Below, in pieces: positions 1 to 10,246 of a stretch of DNA of 64,000 nt. Both the position numbers and the translations under genes were made by a program. Below the pieces are notes generated by a model. It was not told the DNA's origin, searched no databases, and was given only the letters and a program-made list of their open reading frames with translations. Source of the DNA: a virus (Duplodnaviria; Caudoviricetes); IMG/VR virus record IMGVR_UViG_3300044557_000185, positions 1 to 64,000 of that record; one strand, given 5' to 3'. Each line of letters begins with the position of its first letter. The first letter of the stretch is position 1.

Positions 1-485
1 CTGTTCATGTACTCTATATGAGCAGCTGTATGCGCTAAAGAAGCAGCTTTAGCATAAGGGTCAAGCATCTTCCATTGATAGCTGAAAGACAGAAGATCGT
101 ACATAAGCCCTGTTCGCAAGTCTTTGCATTTGTCTTTGAAGAATGCTGGCATGATGTTCTTGTCGTAGTCGTCTCTATGTATGTATCTGTCATAGTCGAA
201 CGAGAAGACTACATCTGGCAAAGCATGCTCTTTCTTGAATTCGCCCCATAGCCATTGGGTGCCGTTATAGAGACATGTCTGTCCAGCATCATACTGCGCA
301 CTATCAATGTCTTTCCATCTGTCATAGTGGAAGCTAGTCTTATGAAAGTTAAGAGCACCTATGGAATCGAACCTGTCTCCGCATTCATCACAGTAGTAGT
401 ACGCATCATCTGAGCTGAAATTAGCTGAGACTGGAACATTCTCAGGCATAAACTCTATGCTAGACAATGCATCAGACGAATTCAT
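1..485 (-). CDS. Partial hypothetical protein with C2H2 zinc finger (runs off the window)
   Basis: Manual translation from ATG at 485: MNSSDALSSIEFMPENVPVSANFSSDDAYYYCDECGDRFDSIGALNFHKTSFH..., open to position 1; absent from the ORF track because it has no stop in the window. Confidence 0.75.
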   Translation of the reverse strand, partial: MNSSDALSSIEFMPENVPVSANFSSDDAYYYCDECGDRFDSIGALNFHKTSFHYDRWKDIDSAQYDAGQTCLYNGTQWLWGEFKKEHALPDVVFSFDYDRYIHRDDYDKNIMPAFFKDKCKDLRTGLMYDLLSFSYQWKMLDPYAKAASLAHTAAHIEYMN

Positions 486-1341
486 TCTCGAAGTCTTTCT
501 TAGCCTTGTTCAGTTGCCACCTATCAAAGAAAGCATACAACGCTTCTCTGTCTATGTCTTTTATGTTACGTATGTCATGAGCTTCTATATTGACCTGCTC
601 TTCTGCAATAGAGCCGTCTAAGATCGTAAGCTGGTAGTTCTCAAGAATAGTCTTCGAATATGGCTTAAGCTTGTCATCGTTAGCTACAGCATTCCAAAGA
701 TCGCCATACTTATGCAGCATCTTCTTTGCTTTTCCATAGCCAAAGCCCTTCAGACCATACACTCCATCACCAGGATCTCCGACTATAGCAGCAATCTCTG
801 GCCATCTATGAATGTCAAGACCTAGCTCTTCAGTCGCCTTCTCTTCTGTTATGAGCTCGCTATTGCCTTTCAGCTCCTTGATGAGCACAACGTTGTCTCT
901 AAGCAATTGTCGCCAGTCGTGGTCTGCAGACCACAGTTTGATGTAGTACTTGCTAGCATACTTACTTACTATTGCTGCAGCAAGGTCATCTGCTTCTGTA
1001 TTCGCAATACAATATGGATTGAATCCAAGTAGGCTAGTGAACTCCTTGCAAGCTTCGAACTGCTTTATCTTAGAATCAGACTTCTTTCCTCTATTGCCTT
1101 TGTATTCTGCTCTGATATTAGTCCTGTACTTTGATCGTCCACTGTCAAACAATGGCACAAAGTAGTCTGGCATATCTTGCCAAATGATATTCAGCACCTT
1201 GCTGACATAGCCATATACTATTCCAGATTCTTCACCAGATTCGAGGCTAAGATTTCTGAAGACTGCTGCGGACTTCATCATAAGCAGATTAGAATCTAGA
1301 ACAAAGACTTGCTTTCGCTTTCTATATGGCATGTCAATCAT
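472..1341 (-). CDS. 5'-3' exonuclease / flap endonuclease (PolI N-terminal / T5 FEN-like)
   Basis: Motifs VLDSN, YKGNR, EADD, SADHDWRQL, GDPGDGVYGLKGFG (H3TH). Confidence 0.93.
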   Translation of the reverse strand: MIDMPYRKRKQVFVLDSNLLMMKSAAVFRNLSLESGEESGIVYGYVSKVLNIIWQDMPDYFVPLFDSGRSKYRTNIRAEYKGNRGKKSDSKIKQFEACKEFTSLLGFNPYCIANTEADDLAAAIVSKYASKYYIKLWSADHDWRQLLRDNVVLIKELKGNSELITEEKATEELGLDIHRWPEIAAIVGDPGDGVYGLKGFGYGKAKKMLHKYGDLWNAVANDDKLKPYSKTILENYQLTILDGSIAEEQVNIEAHDIRNIKDIDREALYAFFDRWQLNKAKKDFENEFV

Positions 1342-1538
1342 TTGCTTGAACCTCCAAAGCTGCCTTTGTATGATATCTTAGCTGATTTTATCAAAGTTCT
1401 AGCTGAACCAAGATGTGCTATAGACTGAGTAAGCAAATCAGATTCAATGACTGTAAGATTGTCATTCGTAGTCAGTACTTCGCATACAGAATGCAAAGCA
1501 TTGTCGATATCTTTCTCTATGCCATTAAGAATAGCCAT
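1338..1538 (-). CDS. Hypothetical protein
   Basis: AAGGA RBS; stop overlaps next start (ATGA). Confidence 0.7.
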   Translation of the reverse strand: MAILNGIEKDIDNALHSVCEVLTTNDNLTVIESDLLTQSIAHLGSARTLIKSAKISYKGSFGGSSK

Positions 1539-1589
1539 TTTGATATTTTCCTTTATTAAATTGAAGCCTGCTATATACTCAGAGTCATC

Positions 1590-1669
1590 ACGTTTATCTC
1601 TGTTAATACTTAGTATACTATATATATAATTATATATACTTAAAATTCTAAGTCAACAGAGAACAACGT
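1590..1669 (+). repeat. 80-bp dyad element copy 1
   Basis: ACGTTTATCTCTGT...TATATATAATTATATATA...ACAGAGAACAACGT; axis at 1629/1630. Confidence 0.95.
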
Positions 1670-1676
1670 CGTTAAT

Positions 1677-4600
1677 CTATCTGTCTTGCTGAATAGACTT
1701 GTTGAACACATAATTGCATATAAATGATGGTGCGCCATTGAAATCGGAACTTCTTTTGCATGTAGTCGATACTAAGTCTCCAGTAGAAAGATAGTCTTTG
1801 AATTTAGAATACGAATTTGCAAATACTGTTATCTTGACTTCTTCTTGAGACACTAGCTTAAGCGTTACCCATGCCATCAAGCCATTCTTAGCATTCTTAG
1901 TCTTCGTAGATGTTATCTTGCCAGCAATCTTAGTAGATTCACCTACATCAGTCTTCATAAGACCAGCCATTGATTGAGGAGATTCAGACATAAGCCAGTC
2001 TTTGTTATCTAGAACATCGTCATATGACAATGATACACCTAGAAGTTCTTGCTCGATCTTAGCAATTATTCTGTCAGATTCGAAATTCTTCTTATATGGT
2101 TTTTCTAGTCCTTTAGATTCTGCAAATGCGCACATCAAATCATATCTGCTTCTTTCGTCTACTCCATCGAAAGCGCCTATTGATATAAGACTTTGAAGAA
2201 CATTCTTCTTTCGACCACCTCTTCCAGTAGTCTTGTCTAGAAAATCGTCGTATGATGAATATGGACCGTTATTGAGAATCTCGTCTACTGCTTTTCCACC
2301 GACTCCCTTTATCGACCACATGGGCATGTATATTGTATCATCGTCAACTACATATCTGTCTGTCGATTTGTTGACATTAGGCGTCTTTACACTGTATCCA
2401 CGAACTATAGCATATTTCAGAAAATCTGTCTGACCTGGATCTGTATTCAAAGATGCGCATATGAACTGCAATGGCCATCTGACCTTCATATATTGTTCGT
2501 ATGCTGTTATCATGCCGTAACTTTTTGCATGTGAAGCATTGAATGAATATTCTGCTGTTCTTGATATTCCAACCCATAGATCGTCAAGACATTCTTTAGG
2601 AGATGAATACTTCACAGGAACATTGTCTATGAAGCTCTTGTCATTAAGACATACATCATAAAGCAACTTCTTCATTGCAGGCACTTTAGTGACTTGCTTC
2701 TTAGAGAACACTTTCCTTACATTGTCTGCTTCTTCCATATTCATGTTGCATAGCCTAGAGTAGATCTTCATGATCTGTTCCTGATATACGACAAAGCCTG
2801 AAGTCTCTTCAAGAATAGAATCTGTGAATGGATGGTAGCTTGGACATCCCTCTTCGCCTTTTCTGACCTTGTAAAAGTCTTTGATAAGCCCACTTCGTAC
2901 AAGACCTGGTCGATCAACAGCTGTAATCATACCTGCATCAGACACTGAATTGATCATAGCATTAGTTGCAGTCGTCTTGCCTAGAGGTGTATCTAGCTGG
3001 AATATGCCCAAGACATCTCCATCCCATGTCGGCTTCCATATCTTAACGCCATCAAAAAGCTTGTCGTTTTGCATATCGGCATATATCGATTCGGGATCAA
3101 GTTTGCCATGTACGCTTTCATATACTTCACGCATAGTTCCAAGAGAAGAAAGCTTGAGAACATCATACTTTATGAATCCCATATCTGCAACTTGATCATG
3201 AGCAAATTGAGTCACTAGAATGCCTTGTGCAACACGAAGCGGCATCTTGCCAAGCAATGACTTCTTAGATATCACATAGCCTGATGCATGCACGCCATAT
3301 GTCCTGATTCTTCCACCGAAATTCCATGCTTCTTTGAAGTATTCTGTCTCATCTACTATCTTCTTGAGGTCTTCATCTTTAGATATGCATTCTATGAAAT
3401 CTTCATAAGTCTGAAGCTCCATGTATTCACCAGTATCCCAGCCTGTTGCAGCAATCTTTCGATTTAGATTGAATATGTCTGAAGAAGAGTATCCATGGAT
3501 AGCGAATACATCATGGACTGAAGTCGATATCTTGCCTTGCAGCTCTGTACCGATTCTGCACACATTCCATTCGCCCCAGCGTTTCTTAAGATATGCATCT
3601 ACTTGTGGAATGACTGAAGCTTCAAAATCGAGATCGATATCAGGACAGTCTTTGAAATCGAAACTAGAATCTAGCTCTTTCCCATATTCTGTATCATCTT
3701 CTTCATACAAAAGCTTCCATGCATCTTTACTTGTGCCATCAGATAGAGATATCTTTTCAGATGGTGAGAATTTCTTCCATCCATCTTCAAACTTGATGTT
3801 GACAGACGATACAACACGTCCTGCTGTAAGAAAACGTTCGAAATACAGACTGTTCTTTATCGGATCAATATTCGTAATTCTCAAGAAGTAGCATACTACT
3901 GAAGCTCCACTTGAACCACGTGCTACACCTAGCAACGAAGCTTTCTTGCCTACAACTCCATACTTAGAGCCATCTTCATCATCTGACAAGACAAAGTTGA
4001 CATAATCCCAGACAATAAGGAAGTATCCTGACAAGTCTGTCTTCTCTATAAGCTCAAGCTCTTTCTTAAGCTCTGCAATATATTCTTGAGCTTGATCTAC
4101 AGAAGGAATTCTTTCCCTAGCACCATCTAAGACAAGCTTTTCAAGCAGTCTGTCATCGTCTTCCTTAGAGTCACCATATCGTGGTGGAACCATACCGAAT
4201 TTGATTTTCGCATTGCAATGATCTGCAACCCATTGTGTATTATCAATAGCAGTCTGAATGTCTTCATCATCAAGACCATGCTTCTTTAGCCAATAGAAGC
4301 ATTCATCTTCAGACATAACCCAAGCAGCTGTCTCTCCACGACCGCTGGTCTTGTCATCATTCAGATCACTACCTTTTCCTGTAGTTGACTGCCATACAAG
4401 CTCATGCCAGCGATAGTCTTCTCTTTTTGCGTAATGAGCATCATTGACTGCTATAGTTCTAAGACCAAGCTTTTTAGCAATCTCAATCTTTACTTTGTTA
4501 GTCTTCGTCATTATGCGATTAAGATTGAACTGCTCTTCAGTCTTTGGATCGCAGAACTGCCAAGTATGAATCTCTACTAGAACATTGTCTTTTCCTACAG

Positions 4601-5174
4601 CATCAATTAGCTTCTTCTCCCATGCAACAGCACCTTTGATATCATCATTAGCTATGCATCTTGACACCCTAGAAAGCATGCAGCCGTCGGATATGAACAA
4701 GCCTTCGCCATACTTCTTAAGCATATTGAAGTCAATACGTGGCTTTCTGTAGAACCCTTCCGTATATGATAGAGTTGAAATAGTCCAAAGATTCTCCAAG
4801 CCTTTGTCATTCTGAGCCCATAAGCAACAATGATTGAAGTCTGAAGCTCTTTGCTTCTCTAATTCAGGTTCGCCAGTCTCTTTATTGTATTTGACCTTTC
4901 CAGCTCTAGTATGAGCTATCCTATCTGTCATGATATCATGAACATCATCTACAAGATATGACTCGATACCGAATATAGGCTTAATAGTAAGATTGTCATC
5001 TGACTGCTTAGCACATTCTTGCGCAAACTTGACATGAATTGCACAAGTTCCATGATCTGTTATAGCTACAGCATTCATGCCAAGACTTTTTGCTCTTGAT
5101 ACAAGTTCTTGACGAGTCTGAAAACCATCCAAACATGAAGAATCAAGATGTTGATGAAGTCCTATGTATGACAT
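1677..5174 (-). CDS. dnaE: DNA polymerase III alpha subunit (family C) with PHP domain
   Basis: HQH/AITDHG/NDAH PHP motifs, RGS, PDIDLDF, HASG, KYDVL, FNASHA, C-terminal OB fold. Confidence 0.97.
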   Translation of the reverse strand: MSYIGLHQHLDSSCLDGFQTRQELVSRAKSLGMNAVAITDHGTCAIHVKFAQECAKQSDDNLTIKPIFGIESYLVDDVHDIMTDRIAHTRAGKVKYNKETGEPELEKQRASDFNHCCLWAQNDKGLENLWTISTLSYTEGFYRKPRIDFNMLKKYGEGLFISDGCMLSRVSRCIANDDIKGAVAWEKKLIDAVGKDNVLVEIHTWQFCDPKTEEQFNLNRIMTKTNKVKIEIAKKLGLRTIAVNDAHYAKREDYRWHELVWQSTTGKGSDLNDDKTSGRGETAAWVMSEDECFYWLKKHGLDDEDIQTAIDNTQWVADHCNAKIKFGMVPPRYGDSKEDDDRLLEKLVLDGARERIPSVDQAQEYIAELKKELELIEKTDLSGYFLIVWDYVNFVLSDDEDGSKYGVVGKKASLLGVARGSSGASVVCYFLRITNIDPIKNSLYFERFLTAGRVVSSVNIKFEDGWKKFSPSEKISLSDGTSKDAWKLLYEEDDTEYGKELDSSFDFKDCPDIDLDFEASVIPQVDAYLKKRWGEWNVCRIGTELQGKISTSVHDVFAIHGYSSSDIFNLNRKIAATGWDTGEYMELQTYEDFIECISKDEDLKKIVDETEYFKEAWNFGGRIRTYGVHASGYVISKKSLLGKMPLRVAQGILVTQFAHDQVADMGFIKYDVLKLSSLGTMREVYESVHGKLDPESIYADMQNDKLFDGVKIWKPTWDGDVLGIFQLDTPLGKTTATNAMINSVSDAGMITAVDRPGLVRSGLIKDFYKVRKGEEGCPSYHPFTDSILEETSGFVVYQEQIMKIYSRLCNMNMEEADNVRKVFSKKQVTKVPAMKKLLYDVCLNDKSFIDNVPVKYSSPKECLDDLWVGISRTAEYSFNASHAKSYGMITAYEQYMKVRWPLQFICASLNTDPGQTDFLKYAIVRGYSVKTPNVNKSTDRYVVDDDTIYMPMWSIKGVGGKAVDEILNNGPYSSYDDFLDKTTGRGGRKKNVLQSLISIGAFDGVDERSRYDLMCAFAESKGLEKPYKKNFESDRIIAKIEQELLGVSLSYDDVLDNKDWLMSESPQSMAGLMKTDVGESTKIAGKITSTKTKNAKNGLMAWVTLKLVSQEEVKITVFANSYSKFKDYLSTGDLVSTTCKRSSDFNGAPSFICNYVFNKSIQQDR

Positions 5175-5648
5175 CTACAAATCCTTTTCTTTTCTATTCT
5201 TAAGCAATTCGTCTACAATGAAATCAGTAGAATACAACTCGGTATCGTATTCGAAAACGAATGGCATGAAAGACTTGAACATGCCATAATAGAAGTCGTA
5301 AAATTCTAATTGCCTGCTAGAATCAACTTTGACTTTATTCATGAAACTGTCTTTTACATCAGCTTTGTCAAATTCTTCATCTACTCTATTTTGAAGAATT
5401 GATGCTCTAGAATGCACATAGATGATTTCATAATGCTGCTTTGCAGATTCAAGAAAAGCTAGTCTTTCATCAAGAACATCTTCATTAGTTCTATTGAAAT
5501 AAGCATCAAGAACAATACTATCTGCAATGCCTCTGTCTTGAATGAACTCAAAAGAGAATTTGTCTTTTCCAAGACGTTTTCTGAAACAATTTAGTATAGT
5601 TGACTTTCCAGACCTGTCTGGACCAATCAATTCGATATATGGAATCAT
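5175..5648 (-). CDS. P-loop nucleoside monophosphate kinase (thymidylate kinase-like)
   Basis: IELIGPDRSGKST Walker A, QDRG motif. Confidence 0.8.
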   Translation of the reverse strand: MIPYIELIGPDRSGKSTILNCFRKRLGKDKFSFEFIQDRGIADSIVLDAYFNRTNEDVLDERLAFLESAKQHYEIIYVHSRASILQNRVDEEFDKADVKDSFMNKVKVDSSRQLEFYDFYYGMFKSFMPFVFEYDTELYSTDFIVDELLKNRKEKDL

Positions 5649-5711
5649 TCGTGATTCTTTCTTTTTTGTAGAAGTTATTCTAAGGAATCTTCTTAATCCT
5701 TATATTTATAA

Positions 5712-6620
5712 TTATATAACCATTCTGTTCTTTTGTACAATCTTAGTCCGATGTGTTATGTCTTCGAAGCAATACGCTGCAGCTTCATCTCTAGTCAATG
5801 GCATTGCTACACCTGCATCAGCTAGATATGATGATGCTCCTTGAATGAAACCCATTGGCGAAAGCCTGTATGTGTCTACTTCATCGAAAGCATATCGCCA
5901 TACAGTGTCTACTGTGTAAGCTGGACGAAAATTATACTCTTCAAGAAGCTTACTTGCTCCAGCTCTGGAAACTTCATAAGCTGTCGTATACCAAGCATTA
6001 TGCTTTCCATCAATTTTAGAAAACCAGAACGAAGTGTTCTTAGCGAATCTATTCGCATCAGATTGTGCAGATGTTACTGCTCCACCCCACACTAAAATGT
6101 CTGCATCTGGGATGTCAATTTCTTGATTCATGAAATCTCTAGCACGCGCATCGTCTTCAAGAATCATAAGCTTATTCAACGAAGTGCTAAGAAAAGCTTG
6201 CAAGATCTTTCTAGATGTCTGAGACAGGCTTTCCTGTGCAGCATACTGTTCAGGTGTCCAGACTGAATTAGCGTGAACGCTGCCACTCTTTCGCTTCTTG
6301 AAACGATCGGCACTTATCTTCTTGTACTGCTCTGAACATTTGAAGTAGCCTTTTTCATCGTAGCTTTCAGCTGATTCGATTAGCCGCATCTTCGCATCTA
6401 CGCCAGCTGAACGCATGTCATCGAAATGAACAGGCTCTACTCTTGTAAGACTTCTGAATGCATTGCCAAAATCATGTTCTATAGAGGCTCGTCTTTCTTT
6501 GGCTACATCTAAATTGATGTAGACTGCGTCAATTGTCTTGAAGTAGTCTCTTGGCTTCATAACAACCATGAAATTGTTCTTTCTAATTTGCGCTTGCTTG
6601 CAATTTTGCTTTATGCTCAA
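5712..6620 (-). CDS. Glycosyltransferase, GT25-like (true start probably ~6569)
   Basis: VYINLD..ERR, ILEDDA, TAYEVSRAGASKLL motifs. Confidence 0.78.
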   Translation of the reverse strand: MSIKQNCKQAQIRKNNFMVVMKPRDYFKTIDAVYINLDVAKERRASIEHDFGNAFRSLTRVEPVHFDDMRSAGVDAKMRLIESAESYDEKGYFKCSEQYKKISADRFKKRKSGSVHANSVWTPEQYAAQESLSQTSRKILQAFLSTSLNKLMILEDDARARDFMNQEIDIPDADILVWGGAVTSAQSDANRFAKNTSFWFSKIDGKHNAWYTTAYEVSRAGASKLLEEYNFRPAYTVDTVWRYAFDEVDTYRLSPMGFIQGASSYLADAGVAMPLTRDEAAAYCFEDITHRTKIVQKNRMVI

Positions 6621-7470
6621 TTACATTTCTGAAATCATATGTCTTTGCTTCATCTCTAGTCAATGGCATTCTGATGCCTTCTCTAGCTAGATACGATGAA
6701 TCGCCCTGAACGAAGCCCATTGGTGATAGACGATATGCAGTAGCTCTGTCTAATGTGTATCTGATAATAGTGTCTGTCGTATAAGCTGGAACAGAATTGA
6801 AGTCTTCAAGAAGCTTAGCTGCACCAGTTCTTGTGAACTCATAAGCAGTGCAGTACCATGCTGTACGCTTGCCACTTACTCTAAGAAAGTGAAAAGGCTG
6901 CTCGTTCATGAAATGCCTAGCATCTGTCTGAACTGAAGATGTAGCGCCTCCCCATGCTAAAATCTCTGCATCATCTGGTATGTCAATTTTGTCATCCATG
7001 AAATCTCTAGCACGAGCATCATCTTCGAAAACCATGATGCGATCTAATTCGCTAGCTAGAAAGTCTTTAAGAATTTGCTTGTATGTCTGAGACAAGCTTT
7101 CTTGAGCAGCATATTGTTCTGGTGTCCAGACTTCATTGACATATTTGCAGTCATTCTTTCTATGCTTGAAGTCTTCAATGTCTTCGATCTTATACTGATT
7201 CGAACGCTTGAAGTAGCCTTTTTCATCGTAGTTCTGCAAAGCATCCATAAGCCGCAACTTGGTATCTACACCAACAGCAAACTTGTCTTTGAAGTCTATT
7301 GGAACGACCCTTGTCAGACTTCTGAAAATGTTCGAGAAAGAATTCTCTATAGCTTCTCGTCTTTCTGTAGCTGCATCTAGATTGATATAGACTGCGTCTA
7401 GATTCTTGAAGTAGTCTTTTGGTTTGACATTAGTCACCTGAATACTTCCTCTCATCAATCGCATAAGCAA
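6583..7470 (-). CDS. Glycosyltransferase, GT25-like, tandem paralog (true start probably GTG ~7436)
   Basis: VYINLD..ERR, VFEDDA, TAYEFTRTGAAKLL; clearly homologous to its neighbour. Confidence 0.78.
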   Translation of the reverse strand: MLMRLMRGSIQVTNVKPKDYFKNLDAVYINLDAATERREAIENSFSNIFRSLTRVVPIDFKDKFAVGVDTKLRLMDALQNYDEKGYFKRSNQYKIEDIEDFKHRKNDCKYVNEVWTPEQYAAQESLSQTYKQILKDFLASELDRIMVFEDDARARDFMDDKIDIPDDAEILAWGGATSSVQTDARHFMNEQPFHFLRVSGKRTAWYCTAYEFTRTGAAKLLEDFNSVPAYTTDTIIRYTLDRATAYRLSPMGFVQGDSSYLAREGIRMPLTRDEAKTYDFRNVIEHKAKLQASAN

Positions 7471-8122
7471 AAGCTAGCATATTCCATGTATTCTGAGAGA
7501 AATTCCTTTTGCCGACGATTTTGCGAATGAAGTATTCTGCTTGATGCAGACCTCTAATCATTAGTAAGCCATATTCATCATACCGACAGATTGCATTCTC
7601 TAAATAGTCATGAATCGCAAACTCTAATGATTCTTTAGCATTCTCTATAGCAGACTTCTGAAACCTTCGATTGTCAAAATCTTTCATGATGCTGTCAAAA
7701 GCTGAATACTTCGCTTCAGAAAGCTCTTCGTTAGTCTTTGGAGCTCTTACAGAAGCCTTATCGAATGATTTCATAATATTGAAGTCATCTACTCGGAAGA
7801 CTTTGTCTTTGTTGCCGATACTCAATGCTTTGCTTATGCTTAGCATGTCAATCTCTTCCGAGATATAGACGCTATTGTCTACTATGATGTCTTTCAGATT
7901 CGACCTAGAATACTCTTCCTTGACATCACTGACAAGCTTCTGAGCATCTGCTAAAGGCCATACATTGAAAAGCCTGTACATCTTTGGTATGACTGCATCG
8001 TCAAGCTTTGCATAAGTCTCGCTATCAAACCCAGCATAGTCTATGATGTCATTGACATCCCAGTCGTCTATAGACTGAATGCTGAACAGAGACATGTCAC
8101 ATACTTTATCTTTTCTTTTCAT
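7430..8122 (-). CDS. Hypothetical protein
   Basis: 230-aa ORF, AAGGA RBS, in operon. Confidence 0.75.
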   Translation of the reverse strand: MKRKDKVCDMSLFSIQSIDDWDVNDIIDYAGFDSETYAKLDDAVIPKMYRLFNVWPLADAQKLVSDVKEEYSRSNLKDIIVDNSVYISEEIDMLSISKALSIGNKDKVFRVDDFNIMKSFDKASVRAPKTNEELSEAKYSAFDSIMKDFDNRRFQKSAIENAKESLEFAIHDYLENAICRYDEYGLLMIRGLHQAEYFIRKIVGKRNFSQNTWNMLAFAYAIDERKYSGD

Positions 8123-8150
8123 TGCAATTCCTTTTTCTTGTTTTTTGATA

Positions 8151-8666
8151 TTAGAAAGCTATTGCATCGCAAAAGCAGTGGCCATTTGCTCGTATCATGA
8201 AGCATACTGGACACACATCATCTGGTGCTTCATCATATACTGAAAGCCTGGAAGAATCAAAGCCTACAACTTTTGCAGCATTCTCTTTGATATTGACTTT
8301 TCGTATTCCACCACGTCTAGTAGTCTTAGTGTTCTTAAGAACTAGAATGACTGGAAGATATTCAAAATACGACTTGCCAATGCTATTGTCTGACATGTAT
8401 TGCTTACAGAAGGGAATGTCTTCTTTGAACATCCTATTGACATCTACATCGCCAGCAGATATGACTCTCTGAAAGCAACTTATGCCATTCTCTTCTTTAT
8501 ATAGCAAAGAATTAGTCAGACCATCTTTCAAGACAGCCCATCCATCGGACTTAAGACGATCTTTCTCTTTAGATGCAGACATGTCAATATCGAATATTCT
8601 TGAGTCTTCACCAAAGTCTTCAAAAGACATGTTCTTATTGTTTACGAATATGCCTGAGTCTGCCAT
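8151..8666 (-). CDS. Hypothetical protein with C-terminal Cys motif (CPVCF..GHCFC)
   Basis: GGAAGG RBS, upstream promoter. Confidence 0.75.
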   Translation of the reverse strand: MADSGIFVNNKNMSFEDFGEDSRIFDIDMSASKEKDRLKSDGWAVLKDGLTNSLLYKEENGISCFQRVISAGDVDVNRMFKEDIPFCKQYMSDNSIGKSYFEYLPVILVLKNTKTTRRGGIRKVNIKENAAKVVGFDSSRLSVYDEAPDDVCPVCFMIRANGHCFCDAIAF

Positions 8667-8702
8667 AACTAAGAACCCTTCCTTAATAGGTTAATTAGTT
8701 AT

Positions 8703-8731
8703 ATTATATACCATATTTTTAGCAATGTAAA
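8703..8731 (-). promoter_or_regulatory. Sigma70/SigA-type phage promoter TTTACA-17-TATAAT
   Basis: Exact 17-bp spacing; member of a 10-copy family. Confidence 0.85.
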
Positions 8732-8732
8732 A

Positions 8733-10223
8733 TCAACCGATAGAATTGACTCTTTCTTCAGACTTGAATAGTTGCTCATACCTGTTTCTTTCGAATCTGT
8801 CATCAGAGCAGATAAGCCAATAGAAGCATTTTCTTTTCTGGCCGATCCTGTGTATTCTCTTCTTTGCTTGTATGTAAGCATCAGATGGTATTGGAGAAGT
8901 GAATATCATCTTGTTTGCTTTCTGAAGATTAAGCCCTTTTGCACCAGACTGCCATTGGACTAACATCACAGAATTGTCATACTTGTCAAAGTAAGTTCTG
9001 TCTTTGACAGAACCATTCCATTCTGATACTTTTCGATTAGCTTTCTTGCAAATTCTCTTAAGTGCGTCTAATTCATCTACAAGCGAATACATTATGACAA
9101 AGCGATCTGATGACTTGCTAAGAAGAGCTTCTATAGCGTCAAGCTTGTTCTTGTTGTCTGCGCAAGAATTCATATGCTTTATCTTAGCAAGCATGCCTCT
9201 TTTTTCATTGTCGTCAATAGTGTTCTGCAACTTGTAGAATGCACCTTCATACTTCACTGCTTTCCTGTCTAATGCTACATATATGCTAGATATGACTGTC
9301 TCAGGCAAGTCTATGCAGTCTTCTGTCTTAAGATACACTGCTCCAGATTCAGAAGACTTCTTAAGCATCAAATCTATGTTCTTGTATCCAATAATTCTTT
9401 CGTCTTTGATTTTAGTGTATCCATATCTAGTCCTTACAGATTTGACACTAGGAATCTTTATAGTGAACATGTCTTCAAATTGCTCTTTAGAGCCAGTAAA
9501 GCCCTGAATAGTGAAGACTGGATAGAATTGCTCTAGTTTGCCGCCGTAGAAAGAGCCTGAAAGCATCTGAACATCAAAAGCATTCTTAGCTAGCTCTATA
9601 GACTTCTGCGTTCTCTTAGCTTCTATATGTCCTAGACAAGAAACTTCTTCAAGTATAAGAAAGTAGCGATTCTTCTTCAATTCTGAAAGATACACTTTGC
9701 AAGAATCTCGAAATATCTTGTCATAGTTTATGATTCGTATTCTGTCTTCTAGGTCTGGAGCAAACTTGTGTATTTCGCTCTTCCACTGGGACATCAGGCC
9801 TTTTTCGCATATGATCTGTATTGGATACTTCTGCCTTTGTATAGCAATATGAGCTAAAGATGAAGCAGTCTTTCCTGTGCCCATCTCCATGCCAAGATAT
9901 GAATGACGACTGTCTTTCAACGTCTTGACGACATCTTGCTGATGCTGATACAGAGGCAAAGACAGAACATCTCTATACTCATGCTTAGTGTCATGCTTGA
10001 TCGGAAATTTTATGCTCTTCTCCTGAGAAGAATACATAGAATCAAAATCGATAGCATTCGCTTCTGATATGCATGACTTCGGAACCCAAGACTCTGTTGC
10101 AATGCCTTTCAGAAGCACTGCCTTAGGTGTCTCTTTCATAGCATACAGCACTTCATCATCATCAGAGAAAAGCTCTAAAAACTTATGCGAAAGACATGCT
10201 TTCTTAACCTTGTCATATGCCAT
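8733..10223 (-). CDS. SNF2-family helicase
   Basis: EMGTGKT, SGAKGLNLQ, QAKKRIHRIGQ. Confidence 0.9.
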   Translation of the reverse strand: MAYDKVKKACLSHKFLELFSDDDEVLYAMKETPKAVLLKGIATESWVPKSCISEANAIDFDSMYSSQEKSIKFPIKHDTKHEYRDVLSLPLYQHQQDVVKTLKDSRHSYLGMEMGTGKTASSLAHIAIQRQKYPIQIICEKGLMSQWKSEIHKFAPDLEDRIRIINYDKIFRDSCKVYLSELKKNRYFLILEEVSCLGHIEAKRTQKSIELAKNAFDVQMLSGSFYGGKLEQFYPVFTIQGFTGSKEQFEDMFTIKIPSVKSVRTRYGYTKIKDERIIGYKNIDLMLKKSSESGAVYLKTEDCIDLPETVISSIYVALDRKAVKYEGAFYKLQNTIDDNEKRGMLAKIKHMNSCADNKNKLDAIEALLSKSSDRFVIMYSLVDELDALKRICKKANRKVSEWNGSVKDRTYFDKYDNSVMLVQWQSGAKGLNLQKANKMIFTSPIPSDAYIQAKKRIHRIGQKRKCFYWLICSDDRFERNRYEQLFKSEERVNSIG

Positions 10224-10246
10224 GATAGAGACTCCAGACAGCTAAA

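Noticed and set aside
3645-3815. Intein or intron in dnaE
   Set aside because: Too short, frame is open, and no splice-junction residues.
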